Shown here piece after piece: positions 49,241 through 62,520 of a DNA stretch of 64,000 nt; positions within the stretch are counted from its first letter, which is position 1, and each line of letters begins with the position of its first letter. The position numbers and the translations under genes were made by a program. The stretch is taken from assembly GCA_001642005.1 (NCBI GenBank), contig LWCA01000024.1, positions 13,970 through 77,969 of the forward strand, given 5' to 3'. This stretch comes from Intoshia linei (Eukaryota; Animalia; Orthonectida). The notes under the pieces were generated by a model. The model ran no database searches. It had not been told where the DNA came from and saw only the letters and a program-made list of their open reading frames with translations.

Positions 49241-51777
49241 AATTTAATTAATGTTAACAAACAAAAAATTAAGATGAAATAATTCACTTTAAAGTAAAAA
49301 GTAATGTGATGTATGATTTCAATGATATATTTATGAAATTTTTGAAAATCCGATTATTTTTCTCTGATTATTGTAAGCAATTAAAGGGTTTTCGATTAAT
49401 CGATTAATCTGATATCATTCCCTACTTCACACGTCTGTGCATTCTATGATATACACAGCATAATTTTGAAAAACTTTATTTTTTTATTTTCGTACATTTT
49501 CACATAGGTAATTTAAAAATAATATAAGTTTAAATTAAAACATAAATTCCAGACGTGTGGTGATCAGGGATTGGAAATAATTGATTGCAATCAATTATTT
49601 TGTATAAACCAATTAATTGTTTGCTAAATATTAATTTTTCAATTAATTAAAAAATGAAAAGATAATTTTCAATTAATTGGTTTTTTTCATATAACTGAGA
49701 AAATATAAATTGAATCCTTTTATTGACGAATGGTTGGATAAAAACGATGTATTTAACCTACATGCTTGACTTTTATGTACTTCGAACAAACAGTATTCTA
49801 GTATAAATCTCCAAATTTATTAACAAAGTTATACTTACGTTGCTTCTAAACCAGAGTTTATTAACCGGGGTGTAAGATTTATTTAAAGGATGCTACAAAA
49901 TTATAGAAATTTTGTAGAAAAATTATTTTTATTTTTTATATTTTGACAAAATAATTTCATAAAAATATTAAATTATAAAATATAATTCAATATTTTTACT
50001 ATTTCAAATTAATTTGAGTCGGGTGGTTTGATTATGACCTAATAATATAATTATGTTTTCTTGTTCAAAATTTAAAGGGCTTTCATAAGATATAAACCAT
50101 AATTTTCTACTAAAAAGTTATTTACTAGTGTAGTATATAATAATAAAAAATAATAAAATAATTTTATTAGTATAATTGATTTTTCTGGCGGTATCTAATT
50201 TAAGAGGAACATTCTTTATTAAACAATAACTAAGAATTGTGTTTACATTTAGAAAAATTTGATTCTAAAACAAATTTTATGTTTTTTTAAATTCTTTCAA
50301 GACTGCCATTTATAGAAAAAGTGTAATTGACAAGTAATATATATCGAAGTTATCCGGTAATCATGAACCATTTTAAAAGTGTGGGTGTTTATAGAATATA
50401 ACCATTGATTATAACATACATTTTAGTATAGTGTAGTTTTATTATAAAATTACATTTAATGATATAAAAACATACAAAAAATGAGTGTACAAAATTAAAA
50501 ATATTTTGTAGGCAGATTTGTCCGCGTCGGAAAAATTTTAACAGGTTTAAGTGAAAATTGTTTTAGAGTGGTTTCATGTTTGAAAAAATGGTACCCGTGA
50601 ATGAAGAGAGGCCTCAGATTTAGTGATTTATCTGTTACAGTTCTTTAAAAGTGTTTTCATCTTAGTGTGTGGTTACAATTAAGTTTTTATCGAATGTTGT
50701 TATTAATTAGAGAATAGTTGAAATCAATGTTTAAAAGTTAGTGAATCTTTATATTGGCTAAATAATTGTTATAACCCTACAAAAACGTTTATTTTTTATA
50801 TCGTTTTATTTATTTCGGTATTTTTTACTAGTAATGTTAAACATTGTAGGTAAATATGGAAATTTAACCAATATGATGAAATAATTTTAAAATTTGATAC
50901 ATTGTATACTGATACCTAATCGTGATTCTATGATATTCATTTATGATTTCAAGTCTATGTAGAATGCAGACAATGTTTTGATGACTATTAATTCTATTAA
51001 AATTATATATTTATTCGTTTCAGTCAATCTAAATTTGAATATAATAATGATTTGTTGTTAATTCTGATTTTTGTTATAATTTTGATGAAATAGTAAAATA
51101 ATATTAATTTCAGTCGTGAATATTTTAGTTTTTAATAAATATTCTCGTATCAAGTTAAATTTATGTATATTTATGAATTTCCACACATAATTAATTTATT
51201 ATATTTTTATTAATAATGTAATTATTGTTATTGATAACTCTAAATTGTATAATTTCTGTATAAACAAAATTTGTGAAGTAGGTTATATTTTTAAAAATTG
51301 TAATTGTTATACATTTGATATAAATGAAATCGCTTGGATTTGACATCGTATAAAAATATTATTGTATAATTTTGTTTTTGAATAATTGTATTTGCATGAT
51401 AAATTCCAAAGCAGATTCAAGTTGATCTAAAATTAGAATAAAATAGACAAATTTGAAATTTTTAGCAAGTGAATGGTGACATTAATATTTTTAAAATAAT
51501 ATTTGCTTATATCCAATTCCACGTATTAATAAGATTAAGGATAAATTTTTATATCAATTGAATAATTTTTTATGTATAATCCTTTAAAATTGTAAAATTT
51601 GTGTCTTAATTAGAGTTAGTCTAAATATACGTTTTTAATCCGTATTTGTATTTATAAATGTGTCTTGTGTGTTTACTTTAATAAGGATGAGTTAGTATGT
51701 TTGAATATATTCGACCTAAATATTAACAATTTACTGTTTATATTAATTTTGTTTTTTTAATTTTGCATTTAGTTTTG

Positions 51778-54700
51778 ATGAATTCTATTGCACCGGATAA
51801 TTTACAACTTAAAGGAGAAATTATGGCGACTCAGTCGCCTTCATTGTTACAGTCATCTAGTTGTTCACCTGAATCTCATCCCGATAAAACAAATACCATG
51901 TCTCCAACATATCAAAATATTGCTCATAGCCAAGATTTAAAAGATATTTACATTTCTAAAACTGTTTTTAAAAATTATGATGATGAGCAATTTTACAAAA
52001 CCAGTCCACCTATATACAATTCGGGAACTAGGATTCATAAATTTTCTGAATCGTCTACAATAAATGCTCATGCGAATTCTGATGATAAAAGTTTAAAGTC
52101 TGAAGATCATGATGAAAAAATAAAGAATGAAAACAATTGTAATCATCGACGTAAACAGTCTAAACCAAATAGAATTGCTAATCAGATGTTACCAGATACT
52201 TTATCAAATTCTGAAAAAGATTTAGATTCGAAAAAGCGACAATCTGAGGACGGTAATTCTAATGGCGATATTAAAAAAATTAAAAACTCTTCACCTTCCA
52301 ATTGTAATGAAAGTAATGATACTGACAAAAATTGGTTAACTCAAGAAATTTTGTCCATTTTAGAAAATTCACCGAATGAAAATATTTTGAGTGCTTTGAA
52401 ACTTGGCGATGACGTAAACAATGGAAAAAAGGAAAATGTTCAAAATTATGTTCAACAAATGCTATATTATCAAACTTTGAAATCTATGGAAAATAATATT
52501 ATTAATAGTTATACATATACTGATGGTAGCAATAATACAAAAAAAATTAAAAGTTTAGCGAATGATGAAGACAAGGTAGCTAAAAATTGTGATAATTTCT
52601 GCAATTTATGTAATAAAACATTCTGCAACAAGTACTATCTTCGTAAACATAAATCGGATGTTCATGGTTTAAATAATGATGATAAGGAAGAAAAGGAGGA
52701 AAATAAACATTTTCACTCGTCACCTTCGGAAAGTTCAAAAGATTCGGAAGCTTCACAGTCAGATACGCCAAATATAATTTCTTGCAAGTTGTGTGGGAAA
52801 AAATTTATCAATGTTATTTTTTATTCAATGCATATGCGGTCCCATCAAGATAAAAATGTTGTACATGATTTATCAAAAATTCCTGAAAATGCTCAATTCC
52901 GTTCTGATAAAGAAAGTTTTAGTGATGTCAATGTTAAAAAATGTGAAAATTATTCCGAAATTTTACCCAACCAAAACGGCGACTCAATTGATGGTGATGC
53001 AAATATACTACATAAGGAATATACTAAATGTAATGCACCTCTTATTCAGTATCTTAGTGGAAAGGCGTCAGAAAGAGTTAAATGCCGAATTTGCAATAAG
53101 GTAGAATATTTTATCTTTATTTTTTTTGATTTTAATCAAATTTGTAATCATTGGTGTCCAATTTTTGTTGGGGTGTTTAGTGAGTTTCTTTGTTTTATAA
53201 CATAATTGTAATGTATAAGTTATTGAAAGGTTTGATTTACTTTATGTAATACCCCGTGAGTATTTTACTCATCATTGATTTTCACTTCTGTTTTTAACCG
53301 ACTTATTATATTATTCTATTCTATTTATTCCTCTAGGACAGTGGTTCCCAAACTTTTTCAACCATGCACAACTTTTCATCAAAATCTCTTTAATCCTGAA
53401 CACATCACTAAGGAGATAATTATATATTTTATGATACATTTCGATCTAAAATTTTACATTAATTATGAAGTTGTAGCTTCTATGGTGTAATTAAAAAAAT
53501 TATTCATTTCAAACATACATTTGGCCAGTTTACAGTGTCGAACCTACCGTATTCGATATCCCTCTTTGGGCCTCTACTAAATTTTTGTAAAATGGGGCAT
53601 CATAATTAATATGGTTGTTAAATTTATAATGTCTCAAGAGCCTTAGATAGGGGCTAGGGTTATATGACACTTCGTTCGTTTGCAAAAATTTTTAAGAGCT
53701 ATTTTTCCATTTTGGGAGTGGCCACCAGCTTGCTAGTTTCGGCCTTAGGAACTAATATCGAACTACATTATAACAACATGCTACTGTATGTTAAATCGTC
53801 ACATAAGTTAAATTTAACGCAAGTGAAAATTATTTACGTTATTCAGTAAAAACTCACTTCATTTTGATAAAATGACGTTTACGTTCACTAATAATAATAA
53901 ACAATATATTATCATAATAAATAACCTTTTTTGAAAAGTGCCCAAAAAATGATGGTAATTATAATATTCTATTATGTATTAAATTAATTGAACGATGATA
54001 GTATTTAATCATAGTAAGAAAGTTGATAAAGATTCGTTGATGGGGTATATCACACAAAAAATAAGCATTTATTTAAAAAATAGATTTTTATAGTATTAAA
54101 AAAATATAAATAGAATTGAAAATTTGATAAACGTATGAATATTGAGACAAGACAATAACAACTTAATATTTACATAATATCTGATAAAGACAAATGTAAC
54201 TTTTTATCTTTTAATAATTGAGCTATTTTTAATTTTGTGTCATAATTTAATTTATCGTTCACTATTTTCATTTAAAATTTTTGTAAAAAAATAAAGTGCC
54301 CCAAAACGAGTTTTATTTGACACTTATTTATAGGAAATAATACATAGTACTATGAAACTAATAAAATATTTTAAAAGGCTTCCAAAGGCGGGGTGCCCGC
54401 TGCCGAGGTTCGGCTCAAACCTGGGTCGGACTGTATAATGTAATTTTATTATTAAAAAAAGGTTATCTTCATTTTATTTAAATTTTTTCTTGTAAACCAC
54501 TTTGGGAACCACTGCTCTAGGACATGGATTCTTTACATTTATCTACTTGGCACCCAAAAATTTAATAAACCTAATTTCGAAAAAAGTTATTAATATCACT
54601 ATAATAAAAAAATATTACTACACTTGAAGTGATAGTTTTGATGGCTTTAAATTTAAATTAGAAAAAACGTTTGAACATAAAAAACTGTTGATTGTCCGAT

Positions 54701-57700
54701 TTACTAATATCATTTATTTTAGTGAACACCGCCCAAAACTAGTTTAACACCCAGGGGATACCAGAACCGTAGGTTAAGAACCCATACTCTAGGACAGTGC
54801 TTTTCAACCATTTTTGGTTGACGACACATATTTCAATTTCAAAAAATTTCGCGACACACCAATCAAAAAAATAAACAATTGATTGATAAATATAGTTAAA
54901 CCAATTTTTTTTTAATAATAATCTGAAAATAAGCTATGTAAAATTGATCATCACTAAAAATATCTTTGATTTGCATTTTTACGTTTTTCAATTGTATTGT
55001 CTGCTAATGGAATTGAAAAAAAATTAAATAAAATTTTAAGTTTGGCGGCACATCTGGAAATCATTGGCGACACATAAAAGTGTCACGACAAACCGGTTGG
55101 AAAGCACTGCTCTAGGACATAGAGTCTATACCTTATATATAATAGTCAAGGGACAACTCATTTCACAGATGAGGAGGCATTCCAATAATTTCAAATATGT
55201 ATGAGGCTGCAACATAAGATTACAAAATATATGGCTTATTAAATATTGATGGTTGATTTATAATTTGAAAAATTAATTCTATAAATGATATTATTTTATT
55301 CTATAAACTGGCTTGACTGCTTTGCACTTTTTATAAACAGTAGAATTATAGTTACAACCCTAAAAAATGGTCTTGAGTAGCATGAATTCGATATAAAATG
55401 TAATTGTAAATATGTGTAGTATATATTACTTTCTTCTACCATCTCACTGCGATAAAACATATCCATTTCCAGCAATTGAAAACAATTGATTGCAATCAAT
55501 TATTTTGTATAAACTAATTAATTGTTATCCAAATATTAATTTTTCAATTAATTGATTTTTTTGCAGTTAATTGAAAAACGAAAAGATAATTTGCAATTAA
55601 TTGGTTTTGTTCATTTAAGTGAAAAAATATAAATTGAATCCTTTTATTGACGAATAGTTGGATGAATAAATTAATTAAAATTTTTTTTATGTAGTTCAAA
55701 AATTAAATTTAATCATTATACATTATAATTTATAACAATAAAATATTACAATTAATGTAAATTGTCAAGTTGACAGTGTTAACACTTGTTGTAGCGTATC
55801 ACAGTCCCACCGTGCTTTAATTATTTCCAGAAACAATTGTATTTCCAAATTCGAAGGAAGTAATAAAATAAAATGATATGAAAATGGTTTCTAAATACTA
55901 TTTTGCAGATAAAATATAATGTTACTAAAATAGTTTGATAATAAAAAATTAACAACTTTTAATTATTCTATGCAATTTTAGAAAAATAGAAACTCGTTTG
56001 TCACTAGAAAAATGATTTATTTAACCTACTAGCTTGACTTTTATGTATTTCGAACAAACAGCATCCTAGTATATTCATTATAACCACATAACCAGTTTTT
56101 TGAAAATGATTATGACATTGTTATCAATCTTCAATTAATTGAAATTTTTTTATATTTTAAAAAACCTATAAAAAACCATATTTTTTCATAAAGCAATTAA
56201 TTGAATAATGAAAAAATATTTTTCAGTTAATTGCAATTATTTCATATAAATCATATTATAATTATATCATATTAGTTTCATATTATAATTGATAATATTT
56301 TCAATAATTTTTATCAATTAATTACAATTAAATTGGTTGCAATCTATTAATTTCAATCCCTGTTCATTACCCCTATTTCGATTATTAAACAATGTTATTA
56401 TAAATACTTGGTTGTTAATAATATATTAAAATTTATTTTTGACGGGAAATGCGTAGATTTCTAAGGTTGAAATTGACCAAATAAAAAAATTAATTTAGTG
56501 CTTTTTTTTACTACGAAGGAGTCACTTTTTAAGATTGAATTTTAGTGTATTTAAACTGAACATGACTATTGGCTGAGATTTTTTTAATCATTGGATTCAT
56601 TTTATTAAAAAAAAAGAGTAATTTAAGTTTTTGACCATGAATAACTCAATTTCTGAAAATAAAATTCGCAACAAAACATTACTTTTGGAAAACTGTATTA
56701 GAAATTTGATTTGTTTAAGCTGTAAACTGTGGAACTTAAATTTTTAAATAAACGGTTACAAACACACACACATTTAATTTTATATTAATTGAAGATTGTT
56801 GCTAAAAACGTGTGTCTGTTTGTTTGTATGTGTATCACCATTTATTGAAAAAACTCATAGTACCATAAATTCTCAACAAATCAATAACAGAAGTTCTAAG
56901 TAATTTTTATGATTTAATTTATTTTCATCAATTCTCATTTGATTGAAATTTTTTTACAATTATTTTTGTAAATATGAATTTACATTTATCTTGAAAAATG
57001 ACACATTTATGACAATTTGGGTTATATGTAAATATAAGATTTATTTATATTTTTTTAATTAGTGTAACCTAATATATTTATTTTTAACCGTTTTTTAGGA
57101 ACTTTGTAACAAGTACTTTTTAAAAACTCACATGTCAAAAATTCACAATATGAGTCGGTTCACCATCATATCTCCAAACCGGAGAACTAAGGGAAAGTGT
57201 CTAAGTATGTCTGGGATGCCTTTCATAAAATCAGAAGAAGATGAAACAACCGAAAGTGAAGGTATCAATATGGTTTCAACCTTGAAAACCTCTTCGATGA
57301 ATGGTGCTCCCAGTCAAAACATTTTGAATTCTAACAACCGACATCTTATTCAAAATACAATTGAAACGAATGGTTCAGTAAACATGGAAATTGATGGAAA
57401 CTCAACAATTGTTTGTATAGTTTGTTTGGCTACATTTGATAACCATGATGCTTTGAAAGAGCATTTTACTAATGTAATTTTGAATGTGCATTTTTTATTT
57501 GTATTTAGTTTCATGTTAAGAACAATACTCCGATTAGTAATCTTGAAAAAAATTATAATGGTGAAAATAATCACCGCGATCCATCTGTTATTCGAGTAGA
57601 ATGTCCAGTATGTAAAAAAGAAGTTTGCAACAAATATTTTTTAAAGGTATTTTGAAAAATATATATTTTTGATAAATATAATTTTGATTTAGACGCATCT

Positions 57701-58454
57701 TTCCAAAAAACACAATATACAAGAATCGTCCGATCTAGTTTCGAGTGCGCTTTGTAACTCATACAGTAATTCCGATACCACTAAAAGAAGTACTAGTTCA
57801 CTTCTCAATTTGGGTAAGAGTGACTGCAAAGTTGAAACCGACGTTAAAAATATCAATGTCAACATTGTTAATGCGCCCAATGTTCAAGATGCAAAAAATT
57901 TGGAATCTTTCCCTCAAAGCGACTGCAAAAATACCACCAATATTTACGAAATTGCAAATGTAGTTAAATCCAGCATATTTAATTCGTTAGTGAAACAAAA
58001 AATGGAAAATGTTGTCTGTTTTTGTGGTGAAATTTTTGAAAGTGAAGAATCCTGTAAAAGACATATTATGTCGTGCCGCCTTCAAACAAAATTTAATCTA
58101 GATAATAATCCGAAACCTCAAATTAGTACCATTAATAGCAATTTTAAATTAGACAAAAAAATTAGCTCCTCGCATCTTGATTCCAAGGAAACCAATTTTA
58201 TTATGCAACGAGTTAAATTACGTTTCAAAAAAAGTAAACAATTGGATAGTACAAATTTACAAAATCTCAAGAGTAGACAAAATATTTATGAACATGTAAC
58301 CTATATACCTGTCGATACCAAAATCGACCAACCTCAGCTATTTCAAATTCTAGTCGAACCTATTATTCCTTATGAGCTCATACACCCTAATAGGCTTAAT
58401 CCTAGAAACGTTAATACTATCGAAGTTGATAAAACTGTAAATCTATTAAATTAG
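51778..58454 (+). CDS. Multi-C2H2 zinc-finger protein with repeated CNKY(F/Y)L fingers
   Basis: Exons ~51778-53100, 57099-57473, ~57509-57647 and 57693-58454 splice in frame. Fingers: CNLCNKTFCNKYYLRKHKSDVH, CKLCGKKF...HMRSH, CRICNK|ELCNKYFLKTHMSKIH, CIVCLATF...HFTN|FH, CPVCKKEVCNKYFLK|THLSKKH, CFCGEIF...HIMSC. An acceptor-like AG at 51771 means an upstream exon is possible. Confidence 0.88.
53339..54514. mobile_element. hAT MITE 1 of the tandem stack
   Basis: Perfect 14-bp TIR CAGTGGTTCCCAAA / TTTGGGAACCACTG with TSD CTCTAGGA on both sides. Carries a ~0.5 kb extra segment (~53905-54432) absent from the copy at 33540-34203. Confidence 0.85.
54523..54786. mobile_element. hAT MITE 2 of the tandem stack
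   Basis: TIRs CATGGATTCTTTAC / GTTAAGAACCCATA with CTCTAGGA on both sides. Homologous to 29338-29794. Confidence 0.8.
54795..55109. mobile_element. hAT MITE 3 of the tandem stack
   Basis: TIRs CAGTGCTTTTCAACC / GGTTGGAAAGCACTG, internal (C)GACACA subterminal repeats, and CTCTAGGA on both sides. Confidence 0.85.
55470..56362. mobile_element. CAGGGATTG-type TIR element rich in CAATTAATTG motifs; partial sister copy at 49565-49805
   Basis: 55485-55660 matches 49578-49740. The right end TTCAATCCCTG (56362) complements the left end CAGGGATTGGAA (49565) of the sister copy. Confidence 0.55.
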
Positions 58455-60083
58455 TCTCTGTTTGATATACACTTATCTATCAGGCCAGTAGCCCGATACG
58501 TTGTTTATACGCATGAAAAACACCTACGCTTTTTTATTATTCAATGTGGTTTTGTTTATCTTTTGAATATATTCCTATATTTTTATACTAAATTGTTAGT
58601 TAATTGCTATCTTAATAAAATTTCCGTTATCTGGTGTATCTTTTTGTATTGTTACAGATTAATCATGGTGAAAACATATTGGTTTTATTGTACGTTCACT
58701 ATTCTATAAAAATACTTTTAAACATACAGTTTGTTTAAATTATTAATTTGTAGCAATAATTAAATTTATGATCGAAAAAATTTTTATTTATTGTTTCTAT
58801 GACATTAATATGTGTCATTTATGACAGTTTAAAATGAGTCCGAATGAATAAATTAATTTTTTTAATTTAAAATTGATTAATACATTTATATTTCCACTTA
58901 AATTATCCAGTTTCTTGTATATGTGTCGACGTCAATGTTGATGTAAAGTCAATAACATGTAGATAATATTTATATATTTGAGAAAAATATATTTTATCTT
59001 TATGGTTAGTAACTTGAAGAATCTTGTTACATTAGGAAATTTTATCAAGGCGGTCCGCTAAAAATTGATCAACACGAATAAATAAAAATAAATAACTGAG
59101 TATGGTGTCTGAACTCAAGTATCCTAATGTGTAATTAAACATACACATTATACATAACAATTTACATTTAACATACACAAATATAAACACCAGTTTTTAA
59201 TTCATACATCTAACACGTAATACCAACTGAAATTTATTCTACACTAGCTTGACTGTTTTGTACTTTTTACAAACAGTAGCTAAATCTGCCGAGGACCGAC
59301 TTTTTAAATTTAAGACCGATTTTTTAATTTATGAAAAATAATTGTAGGATTTTAAAAAAAATCAAATTATAGTTAAGTCTTGAAAAATCGTCTTAAGTAA
59401 CCTGAATCCAGAAAAAATAAAAATTTTTAAAAATTAGATTTAGCTACCGGTGCACCATTTCAGAAGCACTGCACTACAGTAAACCACCACTACTGTAATA
59501 GAAATTTTTTTGTAATAATAATTGTAGTATGTTTTTAAAAGTAGACGGATGAATTTCAATTAAACTTATAGATTTTTACATAATAGTTGTTTTACATAAT
59601 AAATGTGCAAATATAGTTTTAAATTTTTAAAAAGTTCACACCCCAATGTACATTTTATTATAATAAATTTAATAAGATATAAATAATTTATTCATAATTT
59701 TGGTTTGCAGTTCATATAAACTGGCGAATATAAACATTTGTTATTTGATGATTGGCCATCATATATATTAGAATTTTGATGTAAGGGATGCACATATCCT
59801 CCTCCTTCCACTTTATAAATAGAAAAATCTAAATTAAAATTATAAAAACTTTGATATTAAATAGAAAAATTGATATATTAGAACAGTGGTTCTCAACGTG
59901 GGCATTACTACCTAGGGGCCGTTTTAAATTTTTTATAGATTGAACCCTATTCACCACCCTTTGTCCACTCTACAATTTTTTTTAAAGTCATTTTAAATGT
60001 AGATAAAAAATTATCCAAAATTCTATGAAAATGACTGGGGAAGTAACAATAATATATTTAATTGGCTATATAATGAAAACTCG

Positions 60084-61008
60084 TTATATAATTCGTAATT
60101 TCAATAAATAACCATATGTAATGCTAAGATGAGAATTGGTGATATTAAAATCGGTCGCCGAAATATGGATAGGAAAATCAAATTGTTTTATTACAATGGA
60201 ATCGCTATAAATGTACACTCTGAGTGAATAGACAACTTCTATCATATTGTTAATTTGTCTAAAAATAAAAATAAATAGACATGTATACAAATATCATGAT
60301 AATAAAAAGAATTATATATTTAATTTAGCTCATACATTTGAGTCTGTGGAATGCCGGCAGTGTGCCCAGATAGATGAAAATTGTGGGCACCATATAGGTT
60401 GTAAAGAAATTTTTGATCCCTACATATATTGTTTATTCATCTTATGGTAGGGAACTTTCTTTTAACGTTACCCGAATGGACTACAAACGTTTTCAACACA
60501 AACCATACATTTTAATATAATAAACACTTGAGGATTGAGTCCACCTCTCCACGGCTCTGTAGACACCTGAATATTAATGCATCTCATTCATTCCATTACA
60601 ATTTCATCTAATACTTTTTAAACTATTGGTTCTTGCACCCTATCGGAATAAAGTTATAAAATGGGTGAATTTAAAATTGATCAAAAAATGTTTAATCAGA
60701 AAACCAATTCTTTACATTCCATTCGAGAAGTTTTTAAGGCACAAAATTAAAGTGCTATCAACACCAATAGGAAAAAAATTTCTATCAAATTTGGGTAAAT
60801 CAAGTCTTTTCTAGTTACATTGTATGTAAATTTATAAAAATAATATACATCAGTGTCGGTGGTACAACGGGAATCATAACATTGTTGAGTTTTTTGTCGA
60901 ATACAGTTATCATCGGATTAATTTTTCCGAGAAATTTTTCCGTGACACATGAGTATATTTCTTTTCCATATCCAAAGAATCCTTTATTTATAAAATAATC
61001 GACTTTCT
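60084..61008 (-). pseudogene. Possible degenerate arrestin-fold-like gene (tentative)
   Basis: Frame-consistent GT-AG pieces give VMIPVVPPTL|IKDLIYPNLIEIFFLLVL and IPQTQ|IQINNMIEVVYSLRVYIY...FDFPIHI, loosely like the arrestin-C 'PPT..IxVxYxLxV..LPIxI' pattern. Stops interrupt the link at ~60750-60600. Confidence 0.25.
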
Positions 61009-61436
61009 AAATGGTAATTATTTAATTATTTTAAAATTTAAAATTATCAAAAACCAATTTAACTTATAATTATGTTCCTATTGTCTATTTAAAGGTGTAC
61101 TTCTCATTAAAACCAAAAAATCATCAATATAATGATATAATAAATATCTCAATTTGAGTATTTGATAAGTACGGAAGCTGAATTTAATCTATCCTTCTTG
61201 AAATCAGTAAAAAGTTTTATAACATATTTCTATGCATTCATCATAAATATGCATAACGTCTTATACACCTAGTCGTATCTGCAGAGTCCTAAAGCTATAT
61301 TTATTTTAAATAACAGAATTTTCGCTTATGCATCCATGGAGGTTTCTTGGTATCGTAGGTTCGGATACCTCAGTGCTCTTAATATTCCCTAAATGAGGAA
61401 TTACATAAATAGACATTATAAGGAGTTTTTGCGTGA

Positions 61437-62520
61437 TCCTTACTTATATAACATGATTTGCATGTGTGTCTGTTACCGTTTATTTCAATAACTACAAGTT
61501 AGAATTTTTTTATTATTACTATTATTTTTATTATTACTTAGAATTTTATAAAGTCCACATTTCAATTACAGTTTTTTCCGGGAGTGTTAGCAAGCAACAT
61601 TTCAACCTCCCAAACTATCATCTTACGGCTCAAAAAGCCTTAGTGTTTTTTTTTTTTGAAAATCAAACGAGTTCGAGAATTTATAGAATAGAATAAAAAA
61701 ACATATATTCTGATACGGATAATAAAATCATAAATATTATCATAAATTTAAACTTAACCAAAATATATTTCAGGGCCAAAACCACAAATGACCCTATTTT
61801 TTTTAATGATAACAGCCCTAGAATTTAAAAATAAATTACATGTGGTACACAGGGCGGATTCAAGGGGTGCAGAAGGCGCAGTTGCACCCTTAAATTTTAA
61901 TTAATATTTTGTAAAATAACTAAAAAATGTTTTAATTTATTAAAACAATATAGATGGCGCATAACATTACATGTCATTACATGAACAATTGATCATGTGA
62001 TTTAAGGCCTTTTGTTATGTGGACTGACCATCATGAATTGCCACTATGACTATAATTATGATATTGAAAGTTTGGTTAATAAATTTTCAATACTTCATCC
62101 AAGAAGACTGGACTTAATTGATTTAGGATTATTTAATGAACAAAATTAATTTCTCTTTTTTTGTGCTAATCATTTTTTTTATTTTTGCGAAAAAATACAA
62201 ATTTGGAAACTATTGTATAACAACTTTTAAATGAAATTATAAGAGACGCCCCTAAAAATATAAATATAAATACAAAATTTCAATCCCATAAATCTACGCA
62301 TTCCCGGTGAAAAATAATTTTTAATATATTATCAACCAATATTTTTCAAATATTTCGATTAAAATAAAAATTGAAAATGTAAATATTGATTTTACAATTT
62401 CAAAAAAAATGTGCATTGAACGTCTACAAATTTCCAATAAAGAAATATGGGTGAAAATGTATATAATTCATTCCTTTGGATTTTTTTTCATTGCTACGCA
62501 ATTTTTAATTTTCAAAACAT
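61437..62520 (+). mobile_element. Helitron-like repeat copy with an internal insertion starting at ~61850 (CAGGGCGGATTCAAGGGG)
   Basis: A|TCCTTACTTATATAA start, homologous body to 61848 that resumes at ~62265. Confidence 0.65.

Noticed and set aside
44710-51700. Short ORFs in the 7 kb intergenic region and many other 60-85 aa ORF-track entries
   Set aside because: They are low-complexity F/I/L/N/K-rich frames, antisense shadows of real exons, or lie within repeats.
53331-55117. CRISPR array interpretation of the CTCTAGGA repeats
   Set aside because: The repeats are 8 bp, the inserts are 264-1176 bp TIR elements, the context is a eukaryotic intron and there are no cas genes.
61100-61145. Minus-strand HYIDDFLVL resembling a reverse transcriptase YxDD motif
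   Set aside because: It lies in a short stop-bounded frame with no other RT motifs and is probably chance in AT-rich DNA.
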